Assembly: GCF_006345805.1 (NCBI RefSeq)
Contig: NW_021833041.1
Coordinates: 124,001 to 188,000, forward strand
Length of the DNA: 64,000 bases
Direction: 5' to 3'
DNA from: Octopus sinensis
Taxonomy: Eukaryota
Shown one piece after another: positions 1-12,600 of the stretch; position 1 is the first letter of the stretch, and every line of letters begins with the position of its first letter. Under the pieces are notes generated by a model. The model worked only from the letters and a program-made list of their open reading frames with translations. It did no database searches and was not told the DNA's origin. A program made the position numbers and the translations under genes.

Positions 1-75
1 CTCCTGCGGAGGGCCTGTTTCATCAAACAACTATAAGTTTATGTAGATGTATAAAACTACCTGGTTTAATGTAAC

Positions 76-395
76 CTATTCTATCGCCTGTTGATAAACG
101 ATGTTTGTCGTCCGTCCTTCCTTGGCATATATGAATAAATTTTCTCTTCTGCCTACCCTCGAGCATCCCCATACAGCTGTCCATGTGAAAAGCACTCACT
201 CTCTAAAAATAACCCAACTACCTTTAATGACTGTCCCTGGCCTTGTTTATTGTCATTGCAAAACTCATCCTCAAAGGAAATTGCAGCCTTTTAATCTAAA
301 TGGTAATTCATCAGAAATTATCGGAATTCGTGGATATAAACATCCTCACCTCAATACTTACCTGTTAATATCGTCGCCTCTATTACGTTAGCCAT
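76..395 (-). pseudogene. Helitron RepHel (PIF1-like helicase) C-terminal remnant
   Basis: Manual minus-strand translation across small indels: NVIEATILTGKY.GEDVY..RIPIISDELPFR.KRLQFPLRMSFAMTINK.QGQSLKVVGLFLESECFSHGQLY.GCSRVGRRENLFIYAKEGRTTNIVYQQAIE*. These are the characteristic Helitron helicase motifs. Confidence 0.9.
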
Positions 396-1088
396 CTTTC
401 TTCAGCTTCATTTTTCTCCTTCGGTTATCTATTTAAAAATTATTTTTGAATAATAAAAAATATTAGGAAAAGAGGCATACAGAAAATAAATTCTATCTTT
501 ACGAAAACTCTTTTCTTCTCTTAAGGTCGTCTTCCCTCTTTCGGTTATCTATTGAAAAAATTATTTTTGAATAATAAAAAAATTTAGGAAAAGAGGCATA
601 CCGAAAATAAATTCTATCTTCACGAAAAACTTAACTAAATAGCTAATATTTTTACGCAAATTCTTCTGATTGCGCTGTCAATTGGTGGTAAATTGTGTTA
701 ATGATTGTGCTAATGTGGTTTCAACTATCAAAGTGTTTTTCAAATCAGTTAATTGCACACTCTATTCAAGGTCGTGCGTCAATTGGTGGTAAATTGTGTT
801 AATGATTGTGCTAATGTGGTTTTAACTATCAAAGTGGTTTTTCAAAATCTGTTAATTGCACACTCTATTCAAAGTCGTGCAATCTGTGATTGCACATTCT
901 GTCAAAGTCAATATGATAATAGCTTTAATATTGATTCATGGTCGATAATGATATATGCATTTAATTTTAAAGAGAAAACATAGGATGAATTGAATTTCTT
1001 TATCGCGAATAATTGGGAGTTCATCATTGTTAATATTCTCGCTGTCGTTTTCATCAAGGATATTCTTAATACGTGAGATTTTTGCCTT

Positions 1089-2078
1089 GAAGGTTTTAAT
1101 GGACCTCATCATGAATGTCGAGGACATTCGCGTTGTTCATTTTAATCAAAATGCAGAAAATAATTTTTTGATTTTTTGGGGGGAAGGTTTTAAGGACTTC
1201 ATCATGTAAGTCGAGGACATTGTAGTTGTTCATTTTAACCAAAATGCAGAAAATTTTTTTTTAATTTTTTTTGGGGGGAAGGTTTTAAGGACTTCATCAT
1301 GTAAGTTGAGGACATTGTAGTTGTTCATTTTAACCAAAATGCAGAAAATTTTTTTTTAATTTTTTTGGGGGGAAGGTTTTAAGGACTTCATCATGTAAGT
1401 CGAGGACATTGTAGTTGTTCATTTTAACCAAAATGCAGAAAATTTTTTTTAATTTTTTTTGGGGGGGAAGGTTTTAAGGACTTCATCATGTAAGTCGAGA
1501 CATTGTAGTTGTTCATTTTAACCAAAATGCAGAAAATTTTTTTTTAATTTTTTTTGGGGGGAAGGTTTTAAGGACCTCATCATGTAAGTCGAGGACATCG
1601 TAGTTGTTCATTTTAACCAAAATGCAGAAAATTTTTTTTTAATTTTTTTTGGGGGGGAAGGTTTTAAGGACCTCATCATGTAAGTCGAGGACATCGTAGT
1701 TGTTCATTTTAACCAAAATGCAGAAAATTTTTTTTTAATTTTTTTGGGGGGAAGGTTTTAAGGACCTCATCATGTAAGTCGAGGACATCGAAGTTATTCA
1801 TTTTAACCAAAATGCAGAAAATTTTTTTTTAATTTTTTTGGGGGGGGAAGTTTTAAGGACCTTCATCATGTAAGTCGAGACATCGTAGTTGTTCATTTTA
1901 ACCAAAATGCAGAAAATTTTTTTTTAATTTTTTTTGGGGGGGGAAGTTTTAAGGACCTCATCATGTAAGTCGAGGACATCGTAGTTGTTCATTTTGAACC
2001 AAAACGCAGAAAAATTTTTTTTAATTTTTTTGGGGGGAAGGTTTTAAGGACCTCATCATGTAAGTCGAGGACATCGTA
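1089..2078. repeat. ~95-bp tandem array (about 10 units plus a partial) inside Helitron copy 1
   Basis: Unit GAAGGTTTTAAGGAC(T/C)TCATCATGTAAGTCGAGGACAT(T/C)GTAGTTGTTCATTTTAACCAAAATGCAGAAAA-Tn-AA-Tn-Gn starts at about 1089, 1184, 1278 ... 2037. Confidence 0.95.
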
Positions 2079-2100
2079 TTGCCAATTTGAAGTTGGTGTG

Positions 2101-2168
2101 CACACACAGACAGACAGACAGACAGACACACAGACAGACACACAGACAGACAGACAGACAGACACACA
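2101..2168. repeat. (CAGA)n/(CA)n microsatellite near the Helitron 5' end
   Basis: cacacacagacagacagaca... is also present at ~2270-2295 (reverse) and ~7402-7450. A 5' microsatellite is typical of Lep1/DINE-like Helitrons. Confidence 0.9.
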
Positions 2169-2247
2169 CCATACCATTTTATTATTAAGATGACTATATT
2201 TGATTACGCCATACCTATAATTTACGTGAATTAATAGTGCTTAGACA

Positions 2248-4466
2248 TCTTAATAATAAAATGGTATGGTGTGTGTCTGTCTGTCTGTGTGTGCACACCA
2301 ACTTCAAATTGGCAATACGATGTCCTCGACTTACATGATGAGGTCCTTAAAACCTTCCCCCCCAAAAAATTAAAAAAAAAATTATCTGCATTTTGGTTAA
2401 AATGAACAACTACAATGTCCTCGACTTACATGATGAAGTCCTTAAAACCTTCCCCCCCAAAAAAATTAAAAAAAAATTTTCTGCATTTTGGTTAAAATGA
2501 ACAACTAGAATGTCCTCGACTTACATGATGAAGTCCTTAAAACCTTCCCCCCCAAAAAAAATTAAAAAAAAATTTCTGCATTTTGGTTAAAGAACAACTA
2601 CAATGTCCTCGATTTACATGATGAAGTCCTTAAAACCTTCCCCCCCAAAAAAATTAAAAAAAAATTTTCTGCATTTTGGTTAAAATGACAACTACAATGT
2701 CCTCGATTTACATGAAGTCCTTAAAACCTTTCCCCCCAAAAAAATTAAAAAAAAATTTTCTGCATTTTGGTTAAAATGAACAACTACAATGTCCTCGACT
2801 TACATGATGAAGTCCTTAAAACCTTCCCCCCCAAAAAATTAAAAAAAATTTTCTGCATTTTGGTTAAAATGAACAACTACAATGTCCTCAATTTACATGA
2901 TGAAGTCCTTAAAACCTTCCCCCCCAAAAAAATTAAAAAAAATTTTCTGCATTTTGGTTAAAATGAACAACTACAATGTCCTCGACTTACATGATGAAGT
3001 CCTTAAAACCTTCCCCCCCAAAAAAATTAAAAAAAATTTTCTGCATTTTGGTTAAAATGAACAACTACAATGTCCTCGACTTACATGATGAAGTCCTTAA
3101 AACCTCCCCCCCAAACAAATTAAAAAAAATTTTTCTCTGCATTTTGGTTAAAATGAACAACTACTATGTCCTCGACTTACATGATGAAGTCCTTAAAACC
3201 TTCCCCCAAAAAAAATAAAAAAAATTTTCTGCATTTTGGTTAAAATGAACAACTACAATGTCCCCGCCTACATGATGAAGTCCTTAAAACCTTTCCCCCA
3301 AAAAATCAAAAAATTATTTTCTGCATTTTGATTAAAATGAACAACGCGAATGTCTGACATTATGATGAGGTCCATGAAAACCTTCAAGGCAAAATCTCAC
3401 GTATTAAGAATATCCTTGATGAAAACGACAGCGAGAATATTAACAATGATGAACTCCCAATTATTCGCGATAAAGAAATTCAATTCATCCTATGTTTTTC
3501 TCTTTAAAATTAAATGCATATATCATTATCGACCATGAATCAAAATTAAAGCTATTATCATATTTGACTTTGACAGAATGTGCACTCACAGATTGCACGA
3601 CTTTGAATAGAGTGTGCAATTACAGATTTTGAAAAACCACTTTGATAGTTGAAACCACATTAGCACAATCATTAACACAATTTACCACCAATTGACGCAC
3701 GACCTTGAATAGAGTGTGCAATTAACAGATTTTGAAAAACCACTTTGATAGTTGAAACCACATTAGCACAACCATTACACAATTTACCACCAAATGACAG
3801 CGCAATCAGAAGAGCGTAAAAATATTAACTATTTACTTGAGTTTTTCGTAAAGATAGAATTTATTTTCGGTATGCCTCTTTCCTAAACTTTTTTATTATT
3901 CAAAAATAATAATTTTTTAAATAGATAACCGAAGGGGAAAAACGAAGCTGAAGAAAAAACGGTCAGCTTAATAAGGTAATTAATTAAATCTTTTTTGTGT
4001 GTCGCTTTTTTGTGTGTCGCTTTCTTGCCTGCCGCATTTCCGCCTGCCGCATCTCCCCCTGCCCCATTTCGCCAGTAAAAACAAAAAATAAAAAAAAAAA
4101 AAAGGAAATTACAAAGTAAAAATGAAAAAATTAAATATAAAAAATAATAAACCACAAAAATGAAAAAAAAGTTTGCAATGACAATAAACAAGCCCAGGGA
4201 CAGTCATTAATGGTAGTTGGGTTATTTTTAGAGAGTGAGTGCTTTTCACATGGACAGCTGTATGTGGGATGCTCGAGGTAGGCAGAAGAGAATTTATTCA
4301 TATATGCCAAGGAAGGACGGACGACAAACATCTTTATCACAGGCGATAGAATAGGGTTACATTAAACCAGGTAGTTTTATACATCTACATAAACTTATAG
4401 TTGTTTGATGAAACAGGCCCTCCGCAGGAGCTAGGTCGCGGTGAGCGAAGCGAGCTGCCGAGCTAG
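2248..4466 (+). mobile_element. Non-autonomous Helitron, copy 2 (complete)
   Basis: Begins A|TC at 2248 and ends CTAG|T at 4466, with a GC-rich subterminal segment and no TSD. RepHel remnant FAMTINK..GQSL.VVGLFLESECFSHGQLYVGCS at ~4172-4344. Confidence 0.93.
2318..3387. repeat. ~95-bp tandem array (about 11 units plus a partial) inside Helitron copy 2
   Basis: Reverse complement of the 1089-2078 unit; 12 AAAACCT(T)C anchors from ~2349 to ~3377. Confidence 0.95.
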
Positions 4467-4986
4467 TATTAATAAAGGTTATCTGGTAAAGTTTTGAATG
4501 CAAAATTTCTGCTTCGCAAGTTTTGACTGTTTGGTGGAATGAGTAAGAAAGTTCCAAAAAACTCGTCACGGCTATCCGAAAATTAAAACCCAAATACAAC
4601 CAAACAATTTAGATATTTTCTGTGTTAAAAAAGTGATACAACTATAGGCCGAAATTACCAGAAAGAACGTATAAAAATTCGAAATTGTATATTTATGGAA
4701 AACAAACAGCCACGATAATGTTCAAAGAAGGAAATAAAATGTGAATATTTTAGATTTTTCGTAAAGACCCTCCAATTGTTGATAGATAATACATCAGATT
4801 CTAATTTTACTATATTGATAAGTTGAATGTATAAAATAAAATTTTTTTTAAATATTTACATGAAATGATTAAAGTAGATATTGAGCTTTTTGTCAATTCT
4901 TTTTTTTAAAAATATGATTTATCTTTAAATATTCAAGAAAAATTTATTGAATTAATTATTAAAAGTCAAAAACTTATTTGAATCAA

Positions 4987-5360
4987 CACTATTCCCGTTA
5001 AGGGAGGGAATGGCACTCGTGTAGGATGTTACCTGCGTAGACTCATTTTCCTCATCATCGCTGGTTGACTCCGCTTCTCGTCCTGGATCTGCATTTGCCC
5101 TTGCCGAATCTAGAAAAACTGCAAAATATGGCTCTTTGACCAATACCTGTTGCTTCATTCCTCTGGCTTTTGAGACCAGTGGGATAATTGGACCCAAAGC
5201 GCTCAAACTCCTCTCAGAGATTGGTTTAATCATCTCGAGGAGAAGTCACGACAGTCGTGAAACGAGCTGGCTTTTTCAACGGATATCGTTCGCGATATTA
5301 CGTGGAAATTGCCTGTCCATCCGCTCGGCGACTCATCTAATTTAGTTAACTTCTTTTTTT
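4987..5360 (+). mobile_element. CRE-clade non-LTR retrotransposon, 5'-truncated 3' fragment (subfamily F)
   Basis: TLFPLREGMALV*DVTCVDSFS...KYGSLTNTCCFIPLAFETSGIIGPK...WLFQRISFAILRGNC is the restriction-like endonuclease (RLE) C-terminus. Same 3' end as 18583-18686. Confidence 0.85.
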
Positions 5361-5487
5361 CTCTAACATTCTTCAATGGCTTAAAAAATTATTTATAGAA
5401 ATTTGGTGTAATCCGATATCAACATATCACAACATTGGATTTTATATAATTCAATATTATGTAATGCCAGGAGGTAAGAGAGGTAAA

Positions 5488-5504
5488 GAAGTTTGAGAAC
5501 CACT
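5488..5504 (-). repeat. Orphan hAT-type terminal inverted repeat
   Basis: AAGTTTGAGAACCACTG is the reverse complement of CAGTGGTTCTCAAACTT and resembles the CAGCGGTTCTCAACC TIR at 47597. No partner found. Confidence 0.4.
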
Positions 5505-5614
5505 GTTCTATAATAGTGATATAAGAAGAACACAGATAAAACTATGCTAAAGAAAATACAGGCATTTCAAAAAAGTTGAGGGATAAGTAAGATAGAAACA
5601 ATATTAAAACTTAA

Positions 5615-5797
5615 TTATTTTAATCTTCCGTACTTCCTAAGCATGTCTTCTTGATTAATTTTGGATTCCTCAAGTTTATTTTTCTTAATCTCAATTATTT
5701 TGGGCCAATAGCGTTCTGCGTTATATGTTATTGCTCCAAAACCGAATACACTTGCCAAAAGTATTGTAGGACTATTAATAAATATCAAATTTATCAA
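5615..5797 (-). CDS. Possible small single-pass membrane protein (unidentified)
   Basis: 60-aa ORF with a hydrophobic stretch (TILLASVFGFGAITY) followed by a charged tail; no recognisable family. Confidence 0.2.
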   Translation of the reverse strand: MINLIFINSPTILLASVFGFGAITYNAERYWPKIIEIKKNKLEESKINQEDMLRKYGRLK

Positions 5798-5801
5798 TTA
5801 A

Positions 5802-7471
5802 CTAGCTCGGCAGCTCGCTTCGCTCACCGCGACCTAGCTCCTGCGGAGGGCCTGTTTCATCAAACAACTATAAGTTTATGTAGATGTATAAAACTACCTG
5901 GTTTAATTTAAGTGTACCCCTATTATCGCCTGTTGATAACGATTTTTGTCGTCCGTCCTTCCTTGGCATATATGAATAAATTTCTCTTCTGCCTACCCTC
6001 GAGCATCCCACATACAGCTGTCCATGTGGAAAAGCACTCACTCTAAAAATAACCCAACTACCTTTAATGACTGTCCTGGGCCTTGTTTATTGTCATTGCA
6101 AACTTTTTTTTTTCATTTTTTGTGGTTTTATTTTTTTTTATATTTAATTTTTTCATTTTTCCTTGTAATTTCCTTTTTTTCTTTTTTTATTTTTTACTGG
6201 CGGAAATGGGGAGGGGGAGATGCGGCAGGCGGAAATGCGGCAGGCAGAGATGCGGCAGGCAAGAAAGCGACACACAAAAAAGCGACACAACAAAAAAAAT
6301 TTAATTAATTACCTTATTAAGCTGACCGTTTTTTCTTCAGCTTCGTTTTTCCCTCCTTCGGTTATCTATTTAAAAAATTATTTTTGAATAATAATGTGGT
6401 TTCAACTATCAAAGTGTTTTTCAAAATCTGTTAATTGCACACTCTATTCAAGGTCGTGCGTCAATTGGTGGTAAATTGTGTTAATGATTGTGCTAATGTG
6501 GTTTCAACTATCAAAGTGGTTTTTCAAAATCTGTTAATTGCACACTCTATTCAAAGTCGTGCAATCTGTGATTGCACATTCTGTCAAAGTCAAATATGAT
6601 AATAGCTTTAATTTTGATTCATGGTCGATAATGATATATGCAATTAATTTTAAAGAGAAAAACATAGGATGAATTGAATTTCTTTATCGCGAATAATGGG
6701 AGTTCATCATTGTTAATATTCCTCGCTGTCGTTTTCATCAAGGATATTCTTAATACGGAGATTTTTCCTTGAAGGTTTTAATGGACCTCATCATGAATGT
6801 CGAGGACATTCGCGTTGTTCATTTAATCAAAATGCAGAAATAATTTTTTTGATTTTTGGGGGGGAAGGTTTTAAGGACTTCATCATGTAAGTCGAGGACA
6901 TTGTAGTTGTTCATTTTATAAACCAAAATGCAGAAAATTTTTTTTTAATTTTTTTGGGGGGAAGGTTTTAAGGACTTCATCATGTAAGTCGAGGACATTG
7001 TAGTTGTTCATTTTAACCAAAATGCAGAAAATTTTTTTTTAATTTTTTTGGGGGGAAGGTTTTAGGACTTCATCATGTAAGTCGAGGACATTGTAGTTGT
7101 TCATTTTAACCAAAATGCAGAAATTTTTTTTTAATTTTTTTGGGGGGGAAGGTTTTAAGGACTTCATCATGTAAGTCGAGGACATTGTAGTTGTTCATTT
7201 TAACCAAAATGCAGAAAATTTTTTTTTAATTTTTTTGGGGGGGAAGGTTTTAAGGACCTCATCATGTAAGTCGAGGACATCGTAGTTGTTCATTTTGACC
7301 AAAACGCAGAAAAATTTTTTTTAATTTTTTTTGGGGGGAAGGTTTTAAGGACCTCATCATGTAAGTCGAGGACATCGTATTGCCAATTTGAAGTTGGTGT
7401 GCACACACAGACAGACAGACAGACACACAGACAGACAGACAGACACACACCATACCATTTTATTATTAAGA
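5802..7471 (-). mobile_element. Non-autonomous Helitron, copy 3 (complete)
   Basis: On the minus strand: A|TC at 7471 and CTAG|T at 5802. Same modules as copy 2, with a shorter array. Confidence 0.93.
6771..7378. repeat. ~95-bp tandem array (about 6 units plus a partial) inside Helitron copy 3
   Basis: Seven GAAGGTTTT anchors from 6771 to ~7338. Confidence 0.95.
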
Positions 7472-7683
7472 TAACATGAAAGAGAGAAATTTTTTTCCAA
7501 ATTGACCAGCAACATCAGGACGAATTCTATTAATCATTAAATATTATTTGTAAATTATTTTTATATATTAAAAATTTTATTTACACGTTTTTATATATTT
7601 AATAATTTCAATCGTTTGTAGTCGTTAATTTGTCTGGTTAAATTTGTCTCTTTTATAATCTCTTAGTCTATTTAAACCAGTTA

Positions 7684-9160
7684 ATGGGAAAGAGAAGTAA
7701 ACTGAAAGCTAAAATTAATTCAACGCGTCCATGCTTGGAAGACCAACTTTCAAAACTCAAGACTATCAAGGTTTCTTCTAAAAACCCGAAGATTAAATCA
7801 AATCACTATGAAAATGATCAAGTTTACTAGAATATTTCTATAATAGTATGTTAATGAAAAACTTTCTTCAAAAATTCTCAAAGAAGCTGTTCTTCAGAAA
7901 CAAGAACTTTCAAGAAATTCTCAACCCATCATGTTTTTAATATCATCATGTATAACTTAATAGTTTATCGCATAAAAATGAAGAAGTGGATTGTGTAGAG
8001 CCTTTAAATTTTTGTCAAGACTTTGTTTTCAAAGTTAGAAGAGAGTTAGAGGACGTTGAAAGCAAAGAAAACTGCTCAGTGAAATCCTATGAACTTTCCG
8101 AACAGGCCTTTTTTGATGATATTGTTTCAATCGGAGAGAACGATGAGGTCGTAAAATCATTAAACGACAAGCTTTGGGAAATTGAAAGTCAATTGACTGA
8201 TAATATCGGTTGATTATATATTTGTTTAATTTGAAATAGAATATGAACATTCTGATTTGATTAACCCCGAAGCTCGTGCTATTTATGAGCGAGTTAGACA
8301 GTTTTTATCAATATATCGTTCTGGTCCAATTCCTAAGGCCTTCAAAGTACTTCCTTGTTTTTCTAACTGGCTTGAAGTAAGAAGAATCATTTCAATTAAT
8401 ATTTTTATTACTATCCTGATATTCTCTTTAGATACTAAAAATTACTGATCCAAATGGGTGGACCGCCGCAGCTATGTACGAAGCAACACGAATTTTTGTG
8501 TCTCGTTTGTCTGTTGATCAAGTACAGTCTTTCCTATCATTTGTTTTGCTACCTCGAATTCGCGACGACATCAAATACTATAAAAAGCTTAATTTTCATA
8601 TATTCAGGGTTAGTTTTTTATAATCATCTTACTAGGCACTTAAAAAGGCATTGTTTAAACCCGCAGCATTTTTCAAGGGAATTCTTCTTCCACTTTGTTG
8701 CGAATCGTCAGATTTTACTCTTCGGGAAGCTAATATAATATCTGCTGTTATCTCTCATGCGTCGGTCCCCGTTGAACATTCCGCTGCCGCTCTCATTATG
8801 TTAACAACGACCAATGAGAATTCTGCTAACCATGGAGCCAGAAATATCGTTATAAAAGTATTGTTGGAAAAACGATACGCAATACCATATCAAGCAATTG
8901 ATTCACTGGTTGCTTATTTTATGCGTTTTGAACGGAGTGGGCCTGAAGAAACTCCAGTCCTATGGCATTGCGCATTTTTAGCATTTGTCAAGCATTATGC
9001 TGTAGATTTGGCTATTGAGCAACTTGAAATGTTGTGGAAATTACTTAGAACGTGTCGTCATCCAAAAATAACTCCGCTTATTCGTTCATTCTTAAATGAT
9101 GCTCATAAAAAGTTCACGGCAAGTGAGAACTCGAGAAAATTGGAGGAAGTAATGTTGTGA
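7684..9160 (+). CDS. BYSL: Bystin (Enp1 homolog), about 6 exons
   Basis: Spliced motifs [87 protein letters not shown]-like ETPVLWH. Introns include 7822-7846 (25 nt). Confidence 0.95.
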
Positions 9161-9409
9161 CGTGATTAAATTTATTTTGTTTATTAAATTTGAATTCGCT
9201 ATATTTCTAGTCTAGTTTTTAATTGGATTCAAAAGTCTGTAAACAATTAGCTGGCTCAGAATTGAAGTGGTTTCTGAATTGAGAGATTATGTCACGACCC
9301 TAGTCCGTTACCGAGCCTAGGTGGTTACACTTATGGACTTGGATAAAAATTTAAAAAAATATTCGAATTCTATTTTAAAATCGATTTTGTCAAAATAAAT
9401 ATTGTAAAA

Positions 9410-12285
9410 TGACAAATCAATCAAATTTTATTTTAAACAGAGAGAGACAGTGACAGGAATTAGGACGTCTGATAGGACGAGACAACTGCTCTAGGCAATC
9501 GAACTCTTCAGAGGATACGTCTATTTTTGCTGCCTGGAAACAAGGTAGGCGGCTACTGATCCCGACCGATAAATAGGTCGGTCATTTGATATCGTCTCCA
9601 AAAAGTTCGGATAGATTCCTCAATTACCCGCCGTATCTCCTGGGACTTGGTCTCCGCCCAGCTTGGGACCGGCCCTCGTGGGTCAAGCCTGTAGGCTAGT
9701 TTCAAAGCATAGCGCCGTATTTTTTCACATTTTCTGAGTATTTTTTTGTATTCTTTCGAGAAGAACCACGCTTTCGTTCCGTACAGCAAGGTACTTGGGT
9801 CCAGATGCATACTTTTTAAGAGACGGAGAGCAGGCATTAACCCGGGTTAGCATCGATTGTAACTCTCAGGTAGCGTATATAGCTGAGGCGATCAATTTCA
9901 ACTAGGAGCCCGGGCCTCTGATCTGGTAACTTTCTTGTGTTGATTTGTAAGTAAGCAGATTTTTCCATTGTTATTGAGAGCCGCTGTTGTTGTTGATATG
10001 AGCGATAAAGTTTCTTTGAACTCTATTGCTCTTGACATTGAGGACTTTACCGTCAGAAAATAGTCACTGCAGCTCCGTCCCAAGCGGAAACCCCATTGCT
10101 GCGAGAGCAGCACGTTCTTCACTTTGGCCAGAAAATTGAGGCGCTTTGCCGTGATTTTTTCCATTAGCCTTGACATGGTTAGGATTAAGTATATGGACAA
10201 TAACTACTAGTTAAATTAATCGGCTTCCCAGGCTTTTTGATCATCCGGACCTCGGTAACTTTCCATGCTTTTGGTACATGACCCCATTTCAGACTCGCTG
10301 AGGACAGTCGCGCCAGGAACTCGTGTAATTCCTCGGAGCCTTCTTTTAGCAGGCGCATAGGAAGCTTGTCGTGGTCCGGTGAGCTGTCTTTAGACGAGCG
10401 GATAGATCATCTCTACTGTGGCGACTGGGTAGTGCTCCGACCGCAGTGGACACGACAGTGGCTCCGACATTGATGATTGGGCCGTCCTTTGAGGGGCCTC
10501 CTGGGTCTCGGCTAAATATCCTGGCAGGCATGCCGGATTGGTCGTACAGCTTTGACGGAGAAGACTTTCTTGCAAGGTTTGACACCTTATGGAAACAGTC
10601 CCAGAAGTTTGGGTTTTTCGGTTAAGATTTTTACAATCCTTCTGCCATTTTCTGGCAGCGTCCAGCTTTATCCCGAGGTTTATTTTTCCACTGATCTCTA
10701 AAATCATGTCCTTAAGCGTGGCCAGGTCGATAGGATTTACAACGCGTCTGAGTTTATTTCTCAGGCGTTTTCTCTCCGAAAATAGGTTCGTCGTTTTCTC
10801 GCCCAGGCTGCTCTTCGTCGCGTGGCCAGCATGTGGCTTGGTTGCGTAGGAGGTCAGGTAGTGGTGCATACATCTGTTTATCCCATCACTTGCAAAGACG
10901 ATATCGAGGACAGAATCGTAGCCGACACTGCTACCGTTGTCGTATAGAAAGCCATTTAAGGAGCTCATATAGTGCGACCAGTTAATCTTCGATAGGGAGT
11001 ATCGAGTAAATTCGCGTTCTTGCTTTTCAATACCAGCTTGAATTAACTCCATTGGTAGGTGGTCGCTCACGATATTGTCAAGGTATACGAGCAGATACTC
11101 AAGCATAAGTTATTTGGTTGCGAGTGTGGTTCGGGTCTTCAGGAGTCCTGACAAATACAGCGAGTTTGTCAGTGACTTTCTTTAGTGTACGATTATCCTG
11201 ATTGGTCATCCGACAGCCAAACACTGTGTGCTTCGAGTTTAGGTCTCCAACGAGAAGGCAGTGAGCTGTACTTGAAGCCGTCGATCAATCTGGTACAGGG
11301 GGAGAGGTATTGGAATATATTCTTACGCCTTTAGCCAGAAAAAGCTCGGTTTTCACTTCAAAAGAAAGGAATTCACAGAGCGTTCCCTCGATGATAGTGA
11401 AGTTACTGACTTGGAGTTTTTTGAGCTAGAAAATGCTTGATCTGGTCCCTGGTGTAGAGCAGCTGGCTAATTTTAGATCCAGTGATCAGTATCCCGGGAG
11501 TTCATAAGAGTTGTCTACTTGAGTTTTGACTTGTTGAAGACAATAATGTCTGGATGGCAGGTGTTTACCATCTTAACAAAGTCGTGATGCCGTCTCACAG
11601 CGATGATTTTCATAGGAGCTATGTTGCTGGCATGCTCTCTTCTAGTAGGAGCTGTTGCAGCGTCTCAGGTTCCACGCCGAGTTTTGTCGGGGCTCAAAGA
11701 ATTCCATAAGGGCATCTCTGTTGTGCAGGTCCTGCTCCAAATAGGTACCTCTTTGCGGCAGGATTTTGTATCGAAGGGTGTTTCCTTTCTTGCGGGCGAC
11801 AGCCAAGCGGTTAACTTTTATGCTGGGAAGGTCGTCAGTTTTGAACGCGGGTTGATGTCGGCATCCGAATCGGGCAATGTCTGAATGAAGACATCGACTT
11901 TGGACAGACTCGGGGTTGGTCTCTTCGTCCAGAACGACTCAGTGAGTTCGGCTTTTGCCCAGCGGATCGGGTTTTTAGCCTGCAGATTCTTCTCAACTTG
12001 TGAGGCTGCTGTCGCGGCTTTGAGAGAAGGGCAACCAACGTAGCACGCCAGGTGCCCAGTGTTGTTGCAGTTAACGCAGGTTTTTACAACTTGGACTTTA
12101 GCCTGGGCTTCGATTTCAGGCAGTTTTTGTGTCTGTGTTCGTCTCCACAGAGCAGACATCTGACTTTTTCGGTGCACTTGTAAGACATGTGTCTACACTG
12201 GTTGCATCGGAAGCATCTTATGATGCCATTCACAACGGATATGGCTGAAACCTGCTGTGGTTCCAAACCGGAACATTTTCGCCAA
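9410..12285 (-). mobile_element. Degenerate APE-type LINE (I/Jockey-like) with gag ORF1 and broken ORF2
   Basis: ORF1 CCHC knuckles (CFRCNQCRH..YKC, CLLCGDEH, CVNCNNTGH). APE motifs HPDIIV..., PGY, GDLNSKH, SDHLP. RT N-terminus SPGPDKLP/WKVTEVRMIKKPGK/QWGFRLGRSC. The RT core appears deleted. 3' end has AATAAA followed by a TTTGATTGATTTG tail at ~9413-9432. Confidence 0.85.
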
Positions 12286-12600
12286 TTTTCAAGGCAAAAA
12301 TCTATTTTATAGCAGAAATGTATTTTTATTTCCAAATTCTGTCTGTTTGTACATTTTGGAATGAATAGGATTTTTTTATTAACAAACAAACAAGACAATT
12401 TATATTATTTCATTTTTTAAATTCTTTTCATAAGTGTCTTCTTCGTGTTTTATTCTACAGGGGAGGGTTTACGTGATTATAGGCAAGAAGACTTATTTTT
12501 AATATTTTTGATCCGTTTTTTAAAAATTAAATTTATAATTAAAAAATCGAATAACTATTTAAAAACATTTAATTTTATTTCAATCTTAGTTGTCGACATA

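Larger units (their letters stand above)
1..2190 (-). mobile_element. Non-autonomous Helitron, copy 1 (3' end about 36 nt beyond window start)
   Basis: On the minus strand it starts A|TCTTAATAATAAAATGG at 2190 (TC 5' end), followed by a (CAGA)n tract, a 95-bp tandem array and a RepHel C-terminal remnant. It is homologous to 2248-4466 and 5802-7471. Confidence 0.9.

Noticed and set aside
5802-5830. GCTCGGCAGCTCGCTTCGCTC as a U6 snRNA 5' end
   Set aside because: The resemblance is superficial. It is the Helitron 3' subterminal segment next to CTAG, and no ACAGAGA box follows.
1089-7378. 95-bp arrays as a CRISPR array or a repeat-protein gene
   Set aside because: There are no unique spacers and no cas genes, the context is eukaryotic, and homopolymer length variation breaks every frame. 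ORFs such as 2767-3218 are by-products of the repeat.
9290-9453. TGTCAC...GTGACA segment as a solo LTR or Ginger MITE
   Set aside because: Only 6 bp of terminal complementarity, no TSD (GATTA versus GGAAT), and the right part overlaps the LINE 3' UTR and tail.
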